A model generated the notes under the pieces. The model was given only the letters and a program-made list of their open reading frames with translations. It was not told the origin of the DNA and did no database searches. The position numbers were made by a program, and so were the translations under genes. Below are positions 8,367 through 16,076 of a stretch of 32,000 nucleotides of DNA, one piece after another. Source of the DNA: an uncultured Verrucomicrobia subdivision 3 bacterium (lineage in GTDB: Bacteria > Verrucomicrobiota > Verrucomicrobiia > Limisphaerales > UBA11358); the NCBI GenBank assembly GCA_903872345.1, contig CAIQKM010000194.1, positions 5,448-37,447 on the forward strand. The letters are read 5' to 3'. The stretch's first letter is position 1. Each line of letters begins with the position of its first letter.

Positions 8367-11201
8367 TCACCGATTGAGTGGCAAAGCCTTATACTTGGCG
8401 GTTTTAAGTAATTCGGGAATGGATTTAACCGAGGAGCGGTCTTTATCCTGGTCTGACGGCGAAAGTTGCGCCCACGGAACCAAGGCATGGTGTAGCTTCA
8501 ATTCAGGGTTGCGCGGCTTGCCAAATTTCCACCCCGATCCAACGCGCTCAGCGCACCAACCGACATGTTCCGCTTTAGCCAGCCGGTCCAGGTGTTTTTC
8601 AATGGCCGCATTGAGCGGGGCCTCCCAAGCGATATCATTTGACTTTGCCTGCCGTTCTACCATAAAACCAATCAAGGAAAGATGTTCGGGAATACGACGT
8701 GCGGCTGCACGGTTGGAGGCCTTTAAATCTTCGGGAAGATCTTTGTATTCCTTTTTGACGGAAGGATCGATAGTCCACTCCAGTTCGGGATTAGCTTTCG
8801 ATTCGGCCAAGATTTTCGATTGTTTGGCATTATCCAGAAAATTAAAGTTGACCGCTGCTGCTAAATCTTCCAAATCCGGATGGTTGACGAACGCATCGCT
8901 GTGTGTCATCAGATTGTAAAAGCTCCCGGCATCGGTGTCTCTGGCTAATAATGGAGCTGGGGGCAAGGCCGAGCGGGTTAAACGCCCTTCAATGCGGCCT
9001 TGCACAAGCGCATCCAGAATTTTCTCAAACGACCGGGCTCCATGCCAATATTTGGGCACCCCGATAAGCGCACTGAGCAGCCCGGGATCAATACTCAATT
9101 CTTTCGAGTCTGGAAGTTGGAGAATGCCGCGCAGAAGTAATGCCCGGCGAACGGGCCACGTGATATCGTTTTCATCGCGCGGATTGGGGCCGAGCACGTT
9201 TAGAAACCCATGAAGCCGCGAGACAAAGTCAGGCCCCTTGAGTAATTTAAAGTCGAGAAAACGCTCCCGTTGCTCCAGAAACTTGCGTAAACGGAATTCC
9301 CGGATTTCCGGTTTCATTTCACTCAACTCCGCTTCGCCGGGCTCGACTGGTTCCGCCACGCCAAATTGTTCCAGGCATGGGCTGGTGCCGCCGGCGAAGA
9401 TAAAGATACACTTGCCGATGGGATGGGTGATCTGCCCCTCTTGAAAGGTGCCGTCTTGCATGGGGGCCAGCAGATATTGCAGCCACTTGTATTTTTGCGA
9501 ATCAAACTCATCCCAAAAGGCTACAGGCGTCACGCCTTTTAGCACTTCATCGCGAATCCGATGAAATGCCCCAATGAGTTCGTCCGGCCCCTTAAACTGG
9601 GAGAGGTTAAACTCGATAAAAGGCGATTTTGGACCAAGAATTGCCAAGGCAAGGATTTTTACCGCGAAAGATTTCCCTGCTCCCGGCGGCCCAAACACCC
9701 CAATAGATAGGGGTTTCTTTTGAATTTTCTTCTTCTCATACGCGGTGATAATGGCGTCAATTGTGCGAAGGCTTTCAATTTCGCTCCGGTCTACCGTGAA
9801 GAGGTTGCCTTTATGCAGCGCAGGCACGTCGGACAAAGTTTCCGCCGGACCGTAGCGGGCGGTCAATGCGGCTAGTCCGTACAGAGGGGTTTTATCATTG
9901 GCATCCGATACGGTTTCCGACTGCGCCAGAATGGTCCAGGAGGCGGCGCTGGCATTGAAGCGATCCGGGGAAATCTGAACCGAGGCATAACCAGTCGATT
10001 CATTGGCAATCACCTGACCCAGCTCATAAAAAGGAAATCCAGGGGGGATCTTGTTGTTCACCGGACCATGACCAAGGATGAGTAGTTTGCGGCGGGCATT
10101 TAATCCAGCGGCAATACCCGCATACATGGCTTTCGCAAATTCTTTGTGGCTGGCCAGGAGACTGGGTTTCTCGCCGGGTTTGGGACTGGGCTCCTCCAGT
10201 GCCAGTTGGTGGAGCATCAAATGGTGGGCAATGCCGGCCGTCAAGCAGCTTTGAAAGCCATAAACTGTGCCTTCGAATTGACTCGAAAAATCTCCTCCAA
10301 AACGCTCCCCATCAAAGAATAATCGGTAAGTACGTGGTTCTGCGCCAGACACCCATAGCGCTCCTCCGGACCCGAAATTCACAATCAGATTCGCGGCGTG
10401 AAGAAGTTCCCGAGCAGCTGGCATCCGGTTTAGGGTGGCAATGGTGTCTTCTACGCACCGCTCCCAGGAAAGGCGGGCGTTGATTTGCGCATCCGCCCGC
10501 CGCAGATCGGCCGCGCTAACGATGACGGTCAATCGAGGCAGGATCGGCTTAAGTGCTGGCCACAAATCTCCGCAGCAAAGCGGGTGACTCATTTTAAGCA
10601 CATAGAGGCCGCCGCCATCCTTGGATAAATCCGGCCAGATTCCCCGGCAAACTTCGTGCCTGAACAAAGTTCCACCGTCATCAATCACCGTAACACCAAC
10701 TGGATGGGCAATATTGCTTTTATTTGGGGTATAACAGAAGCCGGACTGCCGGTTTTCGGCCGGACCATATCCAAAATGACTGCCGACATCTGTTCTCCAC
10801 ACCAAGTCCTTGGTATCTTTTTTGGCTGGATGGGGAGTCCATACTCCATAGGAACAAAGATTCAGGGGCGGTTTGGTGGCAAAATCCGGCGCACTCAATG
10901 CGGGGTGGCAGGAGAAGTAGCTGGCTGGACGTACTTCGGAATGCTGCTCTGGGCGCGGAAGTGGTTCTTTTTTGGCTTTGGCCCGGTTTTCATTTCCCTT
11001 TTTCCAATCTGCGTCAGTTTTGTCCCACGCCTTCCCGAGCGCATCTCCGGAAATCACCAGTAATTCAGCGGTCAAGGCAGCGCCACCTGTTTTTTCCTCA
11101 AATACAGTGCCGAGATCAGTGATTGATGTGGCATCGGACTTCGCACCGCCATAAAGATGCGCGTCACGAACAATGTCCCCGGTCACAAGAATGGTTTTCA
11201 T
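8367..11201 (-). CDS. PfkB/ribokinase-like domain + AAA+ ATPase + C-terminal RyR-repeat module
   Basis: 944-aa ORF with an ATG start. The N-terminus reads ILVTGDIVRD...TGGAALTAELL...LIVNFGSGGALWV, which is ribokinase-like. The AAA+ core has GVFGPPGAGKSF (~9665-9700), VAFWDEFDS and IFIFAGGT. The C-terminus (~8367-8880) reads YKDLPEDLKASNRAAARRI...AEHVGWCAERVGSGWKFG...HHALVPWAQLSPSDQDKDR, a RyR-repeat pattern. Confidence 0.85.
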   Translation of the reverse strand: MKTILVTGDIVRDAHLYGGAKSDATSITDLGTVFEEKTGGAALTAELLVISGDALGKAWDKTDADWKKGNENRAKAKKEPLPRPEQHSEVRPASYFSCHPALSAPDFATKPPLNLCSYGVWTPHPAKKDTKDLVWRTDVGSHFGYGPAENRQSGFCYTPNKSNIAHPVGVTVIDDGGTLFRHEVCRGIWPDLSKDGGGLYVLKMSHPLCCGDLWPALKPILPRLTVIVSAADLRRADAQINARLSWERCVEDTIATLNRMPAARELLHAANLIVNFGSGGALWVSGAEPRTYRLFFDGERFGGDFSSQFEGTVYGFQSCLTAGIAHHLMLHQLALEEPSPKPGEKPSLLASHKEFAKAMYAGIAAGLNARRKLLILGHGPVNNKIPPGFPFYELGQVIANESTGYASVQISPDRFNASAASWTILAQSETVSDANDKTPLYGLAALTARYGPAETLSDVPALHKGNLFTVDRSEIESLRTIDAIITAYEKKKIQKKPLSIGVFGPPGAGKSFAVKILALAILGPKSPFIEFNLSQFKGPDELIGAFHRIRDEVLKGVTPVAFWDEFDSQKYKWLQYLLAPMQDGTFQEGQITHPIGKCIFIFAGGTSPCLEQFGVAEPVEPGEAELSEMKPEIREFRLRKFLEQRERFLDFKLLKGPDFVSRLHGFLNVLGPNPRDENDITWPVRRALLLRGILQLPDSKELSIDPGLLSALIGVPKYWHGARSFEKILDALVQGRIEGRLTRSALPPAPLLARDTDAGSFYNLMTHSDAFVNHPDLEDLAAAVNFNFLDNAKQSKILAESKANPELEWTIDPSVKKEYKDLPEDLKASNRAAARRIPEHLSLIGFMVERQAKSNDIAWEAPLNAAIEKHLDRLAKAEHVGWCAERVGSGWKFGKPRNPELKLHHALVPWAQLSPSDQDKDRSSVKSIPELLKTAKYKALPLNR

Positions 11202-11284
11202 AGATTATGTTTGTGGTTGCTTAAGGCGGTTATGGCCATGAGTTTGGTCGATCCACACTTCGGGCATGGAATGACCGGGTTCAT
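11198..11284 (-). CDS. Possible 28-codon micro-ORF (CxxC...HxH, zinc-ribbon-like)
   Basis: Sequence MNPVIPCPKCGSTKLMAITALSNHKHNL. The ATG lies 5 nt after the stop of the upstream gene. The stop overlaps the start of the 944-aa gene as ATGA. It fills the only gap in the operon. There is no homology support. Confidence 0.25.
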   Translation of the reverse strand: MNPVIPCPKCGSTKLMAITALSNHKHNL

Positions 11285-11288
11285 GACA

Positions 11289-13088
11289 TTATTGGGGAAA
11301 TATCCCCAACCCTTCTGCCGCCAGGGCTTCGGCCAGTTGCTCGATCTGGGCGTGGTCAATCCGCCGTTCCGTGTCGGGCAGTCTTGCCCAAGGCAATAGA
11401 TCTGGATGGCGATGCCGGTCATCGTCGCGTTTATCGTCATGCACCCAGCCGCCCAGCCAGCGTTCGGCACACCAACGCGCATGCTCCATTGGGGCAAGAA
11501 TGCGTTTTTGCTCTCGGGTAAGGGTTCGGATGGGGATTGCCCCGGCTGTGGCTTCTTTCAGTTTGCCTATCTGGTATCCGAGGGCTCGGGCTTTGATGGC
11601 AATGTGGTCGGCGGCCTGCCGGTTTGATTCCTTGAATTCCTCGCGCAATTCCTCCCACGGTACTTCAGCGGGGCGGGGAGCAATGACCTGGCCAGACGCC
11701 CGGAGTTCGGCCATCCCCCGGCAATATCCCTCATGCAGGGAGCGGGCCGTAGCTTCGTGATATTCGTGGCGGAAGGCACTTTCGCAGCAGGCATTCTCCA
11801 CCATGCCAAAGGGAATAATATCGTTATCCTTCTTGGAAACCGCATTGAGCACACCTTCCAGTGTTTTTTGTGATTTGATCCGCACACAAAGCTTGGCATC
11901 AGAACGGTCCATCAAAATTTCCTGCAAACGCAACCCCACCTCCACGGCGCTGGCGTTACTATCGAGACAGACAAAGAACCGCAGGATGGTGTCGGGCTCC
12001 GCGATCCAGCCTTCGATTAGCTTCAAGGCGACGAGGGATTGAGCCGTGGCTTGATAACACCGTAATTCACAGATCGTGTCACTTTCTAAAATAGGATAGT
12101 GAAATAAGAGATGCTGGCGGTGGTGGTCTGCCTGGCGGTCGATCACGGAAATTCGCAATTTCCGGCCATTGGCAAAATGCCCCATCTTCGCCGCCCGCAA
12201 AGCCAGGCTGCGGCCCATGCGACCAAAGCCCATTATCACCACATGCACCGTTCGCGGATCGTCCTGGGTAATTCCATCCCCATCCAACGGCAATTCTTGC
12301 AAAAGCCGGCGAGCCTCGTCATCGTATACGTCAAAAAAGTTTAGCCGGCCCCCGGTGGCTTGTCCGGATTGTTTGGTAAATTCACGCTGCAAGCGCTCCC
12401 GCAGATGAATATTCTCAAGATGCACAAAACACTCAGGACTATGTAATTGCGACGTTTTGTTCAGATCACGAACTTGTAGGGCAATCCGCAGGTTGGTTTC
12501 ATCTTCCGGAGTGACAATGATCACTTCCTTGGCAAATTCCGCCCGGGCAGCTTTCAGTACCGCCGCTTCCGTAGCATCACCAATCAAATAATAGATGCCC
12601 TCCTCATCACAAATGGAAAGCAACTCATTGTGGGGATTCTTTTCAATGACGATGACCCATTTTTTATCTTTCTGTTTCACACACTGGCGGGCCAGTTGCA
12701 ACCCCTTTTGGCCCAACCCGCAAATAACCACATGACCGCTTTGGGACTGATGTTTTAAGCTCTGCTGATGGCTGCGGGCGGCGAAAAGAAAGCCTTTGAA
12801 CAAACTGACACCAAAAATAACCGGGGCCAGAAACCGGGCGATTTGCAATTCCCATGGCAATGGACCCGGCACATGGTCAAAATGCATGTGGAACAGCCGC
12901 ATGGAGTTGTAAAAAGCATCCACCAAACCTTCCGGATGTCCCTCAGGTTCAGGTACCTGCATAAACCCGAAGGTGCCCAATATTAGCGACAGGATCCCCA
13001 AACCCAGCACCGTCATCCACTGACGACGAGCCGCTCCGTCGTGATGATGGACGGCAGTCGTTTCAGGTTGATGTTCGGAGTCACTCAT
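11289..13088 (-). CDS. Channel-like membrane protein: 2 TM + pore-helix-like segment, two RCK/TrkA-N Rossmann domains, C-terminal RyR-repeat module
   Basis: The track ORF is 11289..13097 with a TTG start; I prefer the ATG at 13088 (MSDSEHQPE...), which matches the paralogous fragment at 20430. TM1 is VLGLGILSLILGTFGF. The pore-like segment is DAFYNSMRLFHMHFDHVPGP (~12860-12925). TM2 is IARFLAPVIFGVSLFKGFLF. The RCK motifs are HVVICGLGQKGLQLA...GDATE and VHVVIMGFGRMGRSLA. The C-terminus (~11289-11745) reads PWEELREEFKESNRQAADHI...MEHARWCAERWLGGW...HPDLLPWARLPDTERRID. Confidence 0.85.
   Translation of the reverse strand: MSDSEHQPETTAVHHHDGAARRQWMTVLGLGILSLILGTFGFMQVPEPEGHPEGLVDAFYNSMRLFHMHFDHVPGPLPWELQIARFLAPVIFGVSLFKGFLFAARSHQQSLKHQSQSGHVVICGLGQKGLQLARQCVKQKDKKWVIVIEKNPHNELLSICDEEGIYYLIGDATEAAVLKAARAEFAKEVIIVTPEDETNLRIALQVRDLNKTSQLHSPECFVHLENIHLRERLQREFTKQSGQATGGRLNFFDVYDDEARRLLQELPLDGDGITQDDPRTVHVVIMGFGRMGRSLALRAAKMGHFANGRKLRISVIDRQADHHRQHLLFHYPILESDTICELRCYQATAQSLVALKLIEGWIAEPDTILRFFVCLDSNASAVEVGLRLQEILMDRSDAKLCVRIKSQKTLEGVLNAVSKKDNDIIPFGMVENACCESAFRHEYHEATARSLHEGYCRGMAELRASGQVIAPRPAEVPWEELREEFKESNRQAADHIAIKARALGYQIGKLKEATAGAIPIRTLTREQKRILAPMEHARWCAERWLGGWVHDDKRDDDRHRHPDLLPWARLPDTERRIDHAQIEQLAEALAAEGLGIFPQ
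12775..13088 (-). repeat. Intact copy of a ~310-bp segment (5' end of the RCK-RyR gene) duplicated in direct orientation at ~20110-20430
   Basis: Nucleotide-level similarity is visible. For example, ggcgatttgcaattcccatggcaa...catggagttgtaaaaagcatc matches ggcgatttgcaattcccacggcaa...catggagttataaaatgcatc, and gatgatggacggcagtcgtttcaggttgatgttcggagtcactcat matches gatgatggacggcagtcatttcaggttgatgttcgtcttcactcat. Confidence 0.8.
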
Positions 13089-13171
13089 CTGATCCAACTT
13101 TGAAATAGTAACGACATCCTTATGCCGGAGACCAGTTTTTTGATGATTAAATTAGAGAATTTCAAGCTGAC

Positions 13172-13192
13172 CTCACGCTGTCTTAGCGTGAG
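13172..13192 (-). terminator. Candidate stem-loop between the GT2 gene and the RCK-RyR gene
   Basis: ctcacgct-gtctt-agcgtgag forms an 8-bp perfect stem with a 5-nt loop, ~80 nt downstream of the GT2 stop. No immediate U-tract follows on the transcribed strand, so this is only a weak terminator candidate. Confidence 0.25.
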
Positions 13193-13269
13193 ACTGTGCG
13201 TGCTGGTACTGTTGGAGACGAAACTTGGGGAGCTTTATTCCTTCGGTAAGAACATGAATTGGGGTGTGT

Positions 13270-14295
13270 TCAAAAAACAGATCCATGTCTACGTGGAATA
13301 TTTTCCGGCACAAGACTGCCTGGATGCTTATATCTGCCTATCTCTTGGGTCTGGCCAAAATAGGGATAATAATTTGGAAATTTTGCCACCAATAGTGACT
13401 CCGCTTGCGCGTATTTTCTAAACTGCCTAACAAATCTGATAGCATTGGAAACCCAATCCCCATGCTGATACTGATAATCATGCTTAACCACCAGCGACTG
13501 ACGGTGAATGACACGAAAGCCCTGTTGCAATAGACGAAAGCAAAAATCAATATCCTCGCACGCGGCGTTGGGAAATGATTCATCAAACCTGAATTGCTCC
13601 GCTAAGTGCCGGCTGACAACCAAGTTGCAGGTTGGTCCATACAACAAGATGTTGGTTCCCTGGAAGCATCGACCATTCAGGGTGCCGTTGATCTCATGAT
13701 ATTTGTCAAACCAAGTAGCATTGGCAGAATCTGTGCGACCTGACACGCAGTGAATATATGGGTTTTCAACCAGACCGGCGATCGCTTCCGAAACCCAATT
13801 TGATTCCGGGACACAGTCTGAATCTGTGAATAATATGACATCGGCCCCATTTTTTAATGCCACATCGAGCCCTTGATTTCGGGATGCCGCCGGTCCTTTT
13901 GATTTTTCATTGGTCAAAACGTGAATGGTTTCAGGCAGTCGGGACCAAACATCAGAGCCGTCATTGATTACAATAATCGCCGCTGTTTGTTCGACCAGTT
14001 TGTCGATACAGCGCTGCAGTAAAGCAAACTGGGCTTCCGACCTGCACTTCGCCGGAATAATTACCACGCCCTGGGATCGTTGGTTGACTCCATTACGTAA
14101 AATCTGGGGCGGAAGTTCGAGCACCGCTTGGGGCTGGTGTTTTGAACTTGTGACACGGCCGGTTTTTGATGCCTTGTAAGCGATGACCTCAAGGATTTTG
14201 GTCAGCAAAAAACGTTTTCGGCCGGCGCGCCCGCGCATTTCCTCCCACCAGTAATCAAAAGTCTCGCCACTGGGCAAATGAACCAACGAACTCAT
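13270..14295 (-). CDS. Family-2 glycosyltransferase (GT-A fold)
   Basis: 341-aa ORF. Motifs are VVIIPAKCRSEAQFALLQRCIDKLVEQTAAIIVINDGSD, GPAASRNQGL and ILFTDSDCVP (DxD). The start overlaps the upstream stop as ATGA. Confidence 0.85.
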   Translation of the reverse strand: MSSLVHLPSGETFDYWWEEMRGRAGRKRFLLTKILEVIAYKASKTGRVTSSKHQPQAVLELPPQILRNGVNQRSQGVVIIPAKCRSEAQFALLQRCIDKLVEQTAAIIVINDGSDVWSRLPETIHVLTNEKSKGPAASRNQGLDVALKNGADVILFTDSDCVPESNWVSEAIAGLVENPYIHCVSGRTDSANATWFDKYHEINGTLNGRCFQGTNILLYGPTCNLVVSRHLAEQFRFDESFPNAACEDIDFCFRLLQQGFRVIHRQSLVVKHDYQYQHGDWVSNAIRFVRQFRKYAQAESLLVAKFPNYYPYFGQTQEIGRYKHPGSLVPENIPRRHGSVF

Positions 14296-15272
14296 GCGTC
14301 ACCTCCCAGCCAGGCACAATTCCGGCAATATGAATCCTGTTTGTGAGACTGGCGGAATGCTTCCGCCGGACCAGAGTTGAGGATTTGTACTATGTTTCCA
14401 TCCCGGATATGCCCCAGCTTGCGGGGATGAAACATATTGCATGGCGTCACAAATCCATCGTACTGGATGCACGTCTCACGGTGGAGTGCTGGGCAGGCTG
14501 ACCGGGAACCGTTTGATTTAACCGCCGTATGCAAATCTAATTCGATTCCTTGGATCTGGTCGGGGATCAGGCACGGCAGACCGGCGGCATCCAGCAATGA
14601 CTTGGCTGCGATGAAGGCTTTGCGAATGGTTGCCCATTCTGTAATAACCCGATTTAATACGCGATGATCCGGCAAATCGCTCCGGACCACATTATAAATG
14701 AGTCCGAATTTATAGGACTGCGCCAGCCGGGCGATATCGGTAATGCGATGAAGGTTTTCAGCCTGAATGGTGAAAACAATAAAGGGTCGTGGTTGCTGAT
14801 CGCGGAGGAGGTTAAGGTTGCGCTCCATATATTCCCACCGCGCACCTCGTCGGATTTGCGACAACTCCACCGAATCGGACGAATCCAGCGAGATAAACAG
14901 TTGAACCCCTGCGACTTTCAGTAATTCAACCCGTTCAATGTCTCGGATGTTCAGATTGGTAAAGAGATGCAAGGCTGCCGCCGGCCATTTGTCCCGGATG
15001 GCTTTGAGAAACGCAGGGAATTGTGGATGAATCGTGCTCTCCCCACGACCATTCAGCCGCACGACCTCCGGTGGATGGGGAAACGCCGCCAGAACCTGAT
15101 TTAGCGTTGCCTCGGTCATGAAGTAGCCAGGTTGGTTGCGCTCCTTAACGAAGCCACACATGATGCAGGAAAGGTTGCAGTTGTGGCTGAGTTCTAAAAT
15201 CAGCTCGCGCGGCCGGATCAGTGGAGTCAGTTCCGTTGATTGCATTTGAGCACTTTGCACGGGAGGTTGCAT
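14292..15272 (-). CDS. Radical SAM enzyme with C-terminal SPASM-type domain
   Basis: CxxxCxxC motif in ELSHNCNLSCIMCGF. The C-terminal Cys-rich region reads CPALHRETCIQYDGFVTPCNMF...KLGHI...YCRNCAW. The longest track ORF (to 15446) would overlap the upstream gene by 220 nt. In-frame ATGs at 15272 and 15245 give 46- and 19-nt overlaps, so the exact start is uncertain. Confidence 0.85.
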   Translation of the reverse strand: MQPPVQSAQMQSTELTPLIRPRELILELSHNCNLSCIMCGFVKERNQPGYFMTEATLNQVLAAFPHPPEVVRLNGRGESTIHPQFPAFLKAIRDKWPAAALHLFTNLNIRDIERVELLKVAGVQLFISLDSSDSVELSQIRRGARWEYMERNLNLLRDQQPRPFIVFTIQAENLHRITDIARLAQSYKFGLIYNVVRSDLPDHRVLNRVITEWATIRKAFIAAKSLLDAAGLPCLIPDQIQGIELDLHTAVKSNGSRSACPALHRETCIQYDGFVTPCNMFHPRKLGHIRDGNIVQILNSGPAEAFRQSHKQDSYCRNCAWLGGDA

Positions 15273-16054
15273 TGATGCATGGCTGCTTGGACACGGTCTG
15301 CGTAGTCGCCTGCCAGCATATTCGTTATCTCGTCGCGCAGCAAATTTCCAAGGGGCTGCTGGCAACCTGGCATCCAGGACTGCTGGAAACAGGTAAAAAC
15401 ATCGCCATTGGGCAGGATGGAAAGATTCCTGCCGGCGGCATGACAAATTTCATTTTCTTGCACCTGCTTCTCCTTGGCCGGCAGAACAGTCCATTCGCCG
15501 CCAAAGCCTTCCGCCATGTAATCCTGAATACTGTGAAAAACCCCGAGTTCATCAGCAAGCGCCCTGACATCGGCCAGATACTCTTTGGTTTCTGACGCAA
15601 GCACCGACTGGATGCTCAATTGATCGGGTCTGAGCACACTACGGGCATATCGTAAGTGTTTAAGAACGGTGTCCATCGTATCCCGTCCACGGACGAACTG
15701 CCATTGCTGCTGGTCAACGGTGTCGATGGAAACCACGATGTGAATATTTAGGTGGGCAACCTGATTCATGAACTCTGCATCCAACAAAACCCCATTGGTG
15801 ATCAGCACGGTACGACAAGAATGTTGCTTGATGGCATGGAGCAGGCCGAGGATGCGTTCGCGAAATAGCAACGGCTCTCCACCCACGATGCAAATTTCCT
15901 TAAGCTCCGGCAGTGAATTTATGGCTCGCGCTACCAAGTCATGATCCAGCGGTTTGAAAGCCGGTCGAATGGCCCAATGATGGCATTTCGAGCAGCGCTC
16001 GTTGCAGGCGAACGAAATCAGGTAATAAAGATTTGTTGGTGAGAAGGCTTTCAC
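15227..16054 (-). CDS. Radical SAM enzyme with short twitch/SPASM-like C-terminus
   Basis: 275-aa ORF. CxxxCxxC motif in YLISFACNERCSKCHHW, plus GGEPLL. The C-terminus reads ICHAAGRNLSILPNGDVFTCFQ...PLGNL...CNLPCKVLKC. It starts 22 nt after the stop of the SbcC-like gene. Confidence 0.85.
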   Translation of the reverse strand: MKAFSPTNLYYLISFACNERCSKCHHWAIRPAFKPLDHDLVARAINSLPELKEICIVGGEPLLFRERILGLLHAIKQHSCRTVLITNGVLLDAEFMNQVAHLNIHIVVSIDTVDQQQWQFVRGRDTMDTVLKHLRYARSVLRPDQLSIQSVLASETKEYLADVRALADELGVFHSIQDYMAEGFGGEWTVLPAKEKQVQENEICHAAGRNLSILPNGDVFTCFQQSWMPGCQQPLGNLLRDEITNMLAGDYADRVQAAMHQCNLPCKVLKCNQRN

Positions 16055-16076
16055 TTAAACGCCGGAGTTGTCTTTG

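Noticed and set aside
8005-8919. 304-aa plus-strand ORF spanning the SLOG/AAA-RyR gene boundary
   Set aside because: It crosses an intergenic gap between two well-supported minus-strand genes. Its composition is Ser/Arg-rich with no recognisable domain.
13122-13421. 99-aa plus-strand ORF containing LLETKLGE, similar to FLETKLGEH of ORF X (23372-23806), hinting at a third, inverted relic copy
   Set aside because: The match is only ~21 nt / 7 aa and on the opposite strand, with no extended flanking similarity that I could verify by eye. The ORF also overlaps the GT2 3' end.
15273-15446. Longest-ORF start (15446) for the second radical-SAM gene
   Set aside because: It would overlap the upstream rSAM gene by 220 nt and add a Pro/Arg/Ala-rich leader before the CxxxCxxC core. 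The internal ATGs at 15272 or 15245 fit operon spacing better.
14292-16054. Radical-SAM genes considered as prokaryotic viperin (pVip) homologues
   Set aside because: Both carry C-terminal Cys-rich SPASM/twitch-like regions and N-terminal layouts typical of maturase-type rSAMs. I see no viperin-like C-terminal extension. This needs an HMM check, but pVip is not supported by eye.
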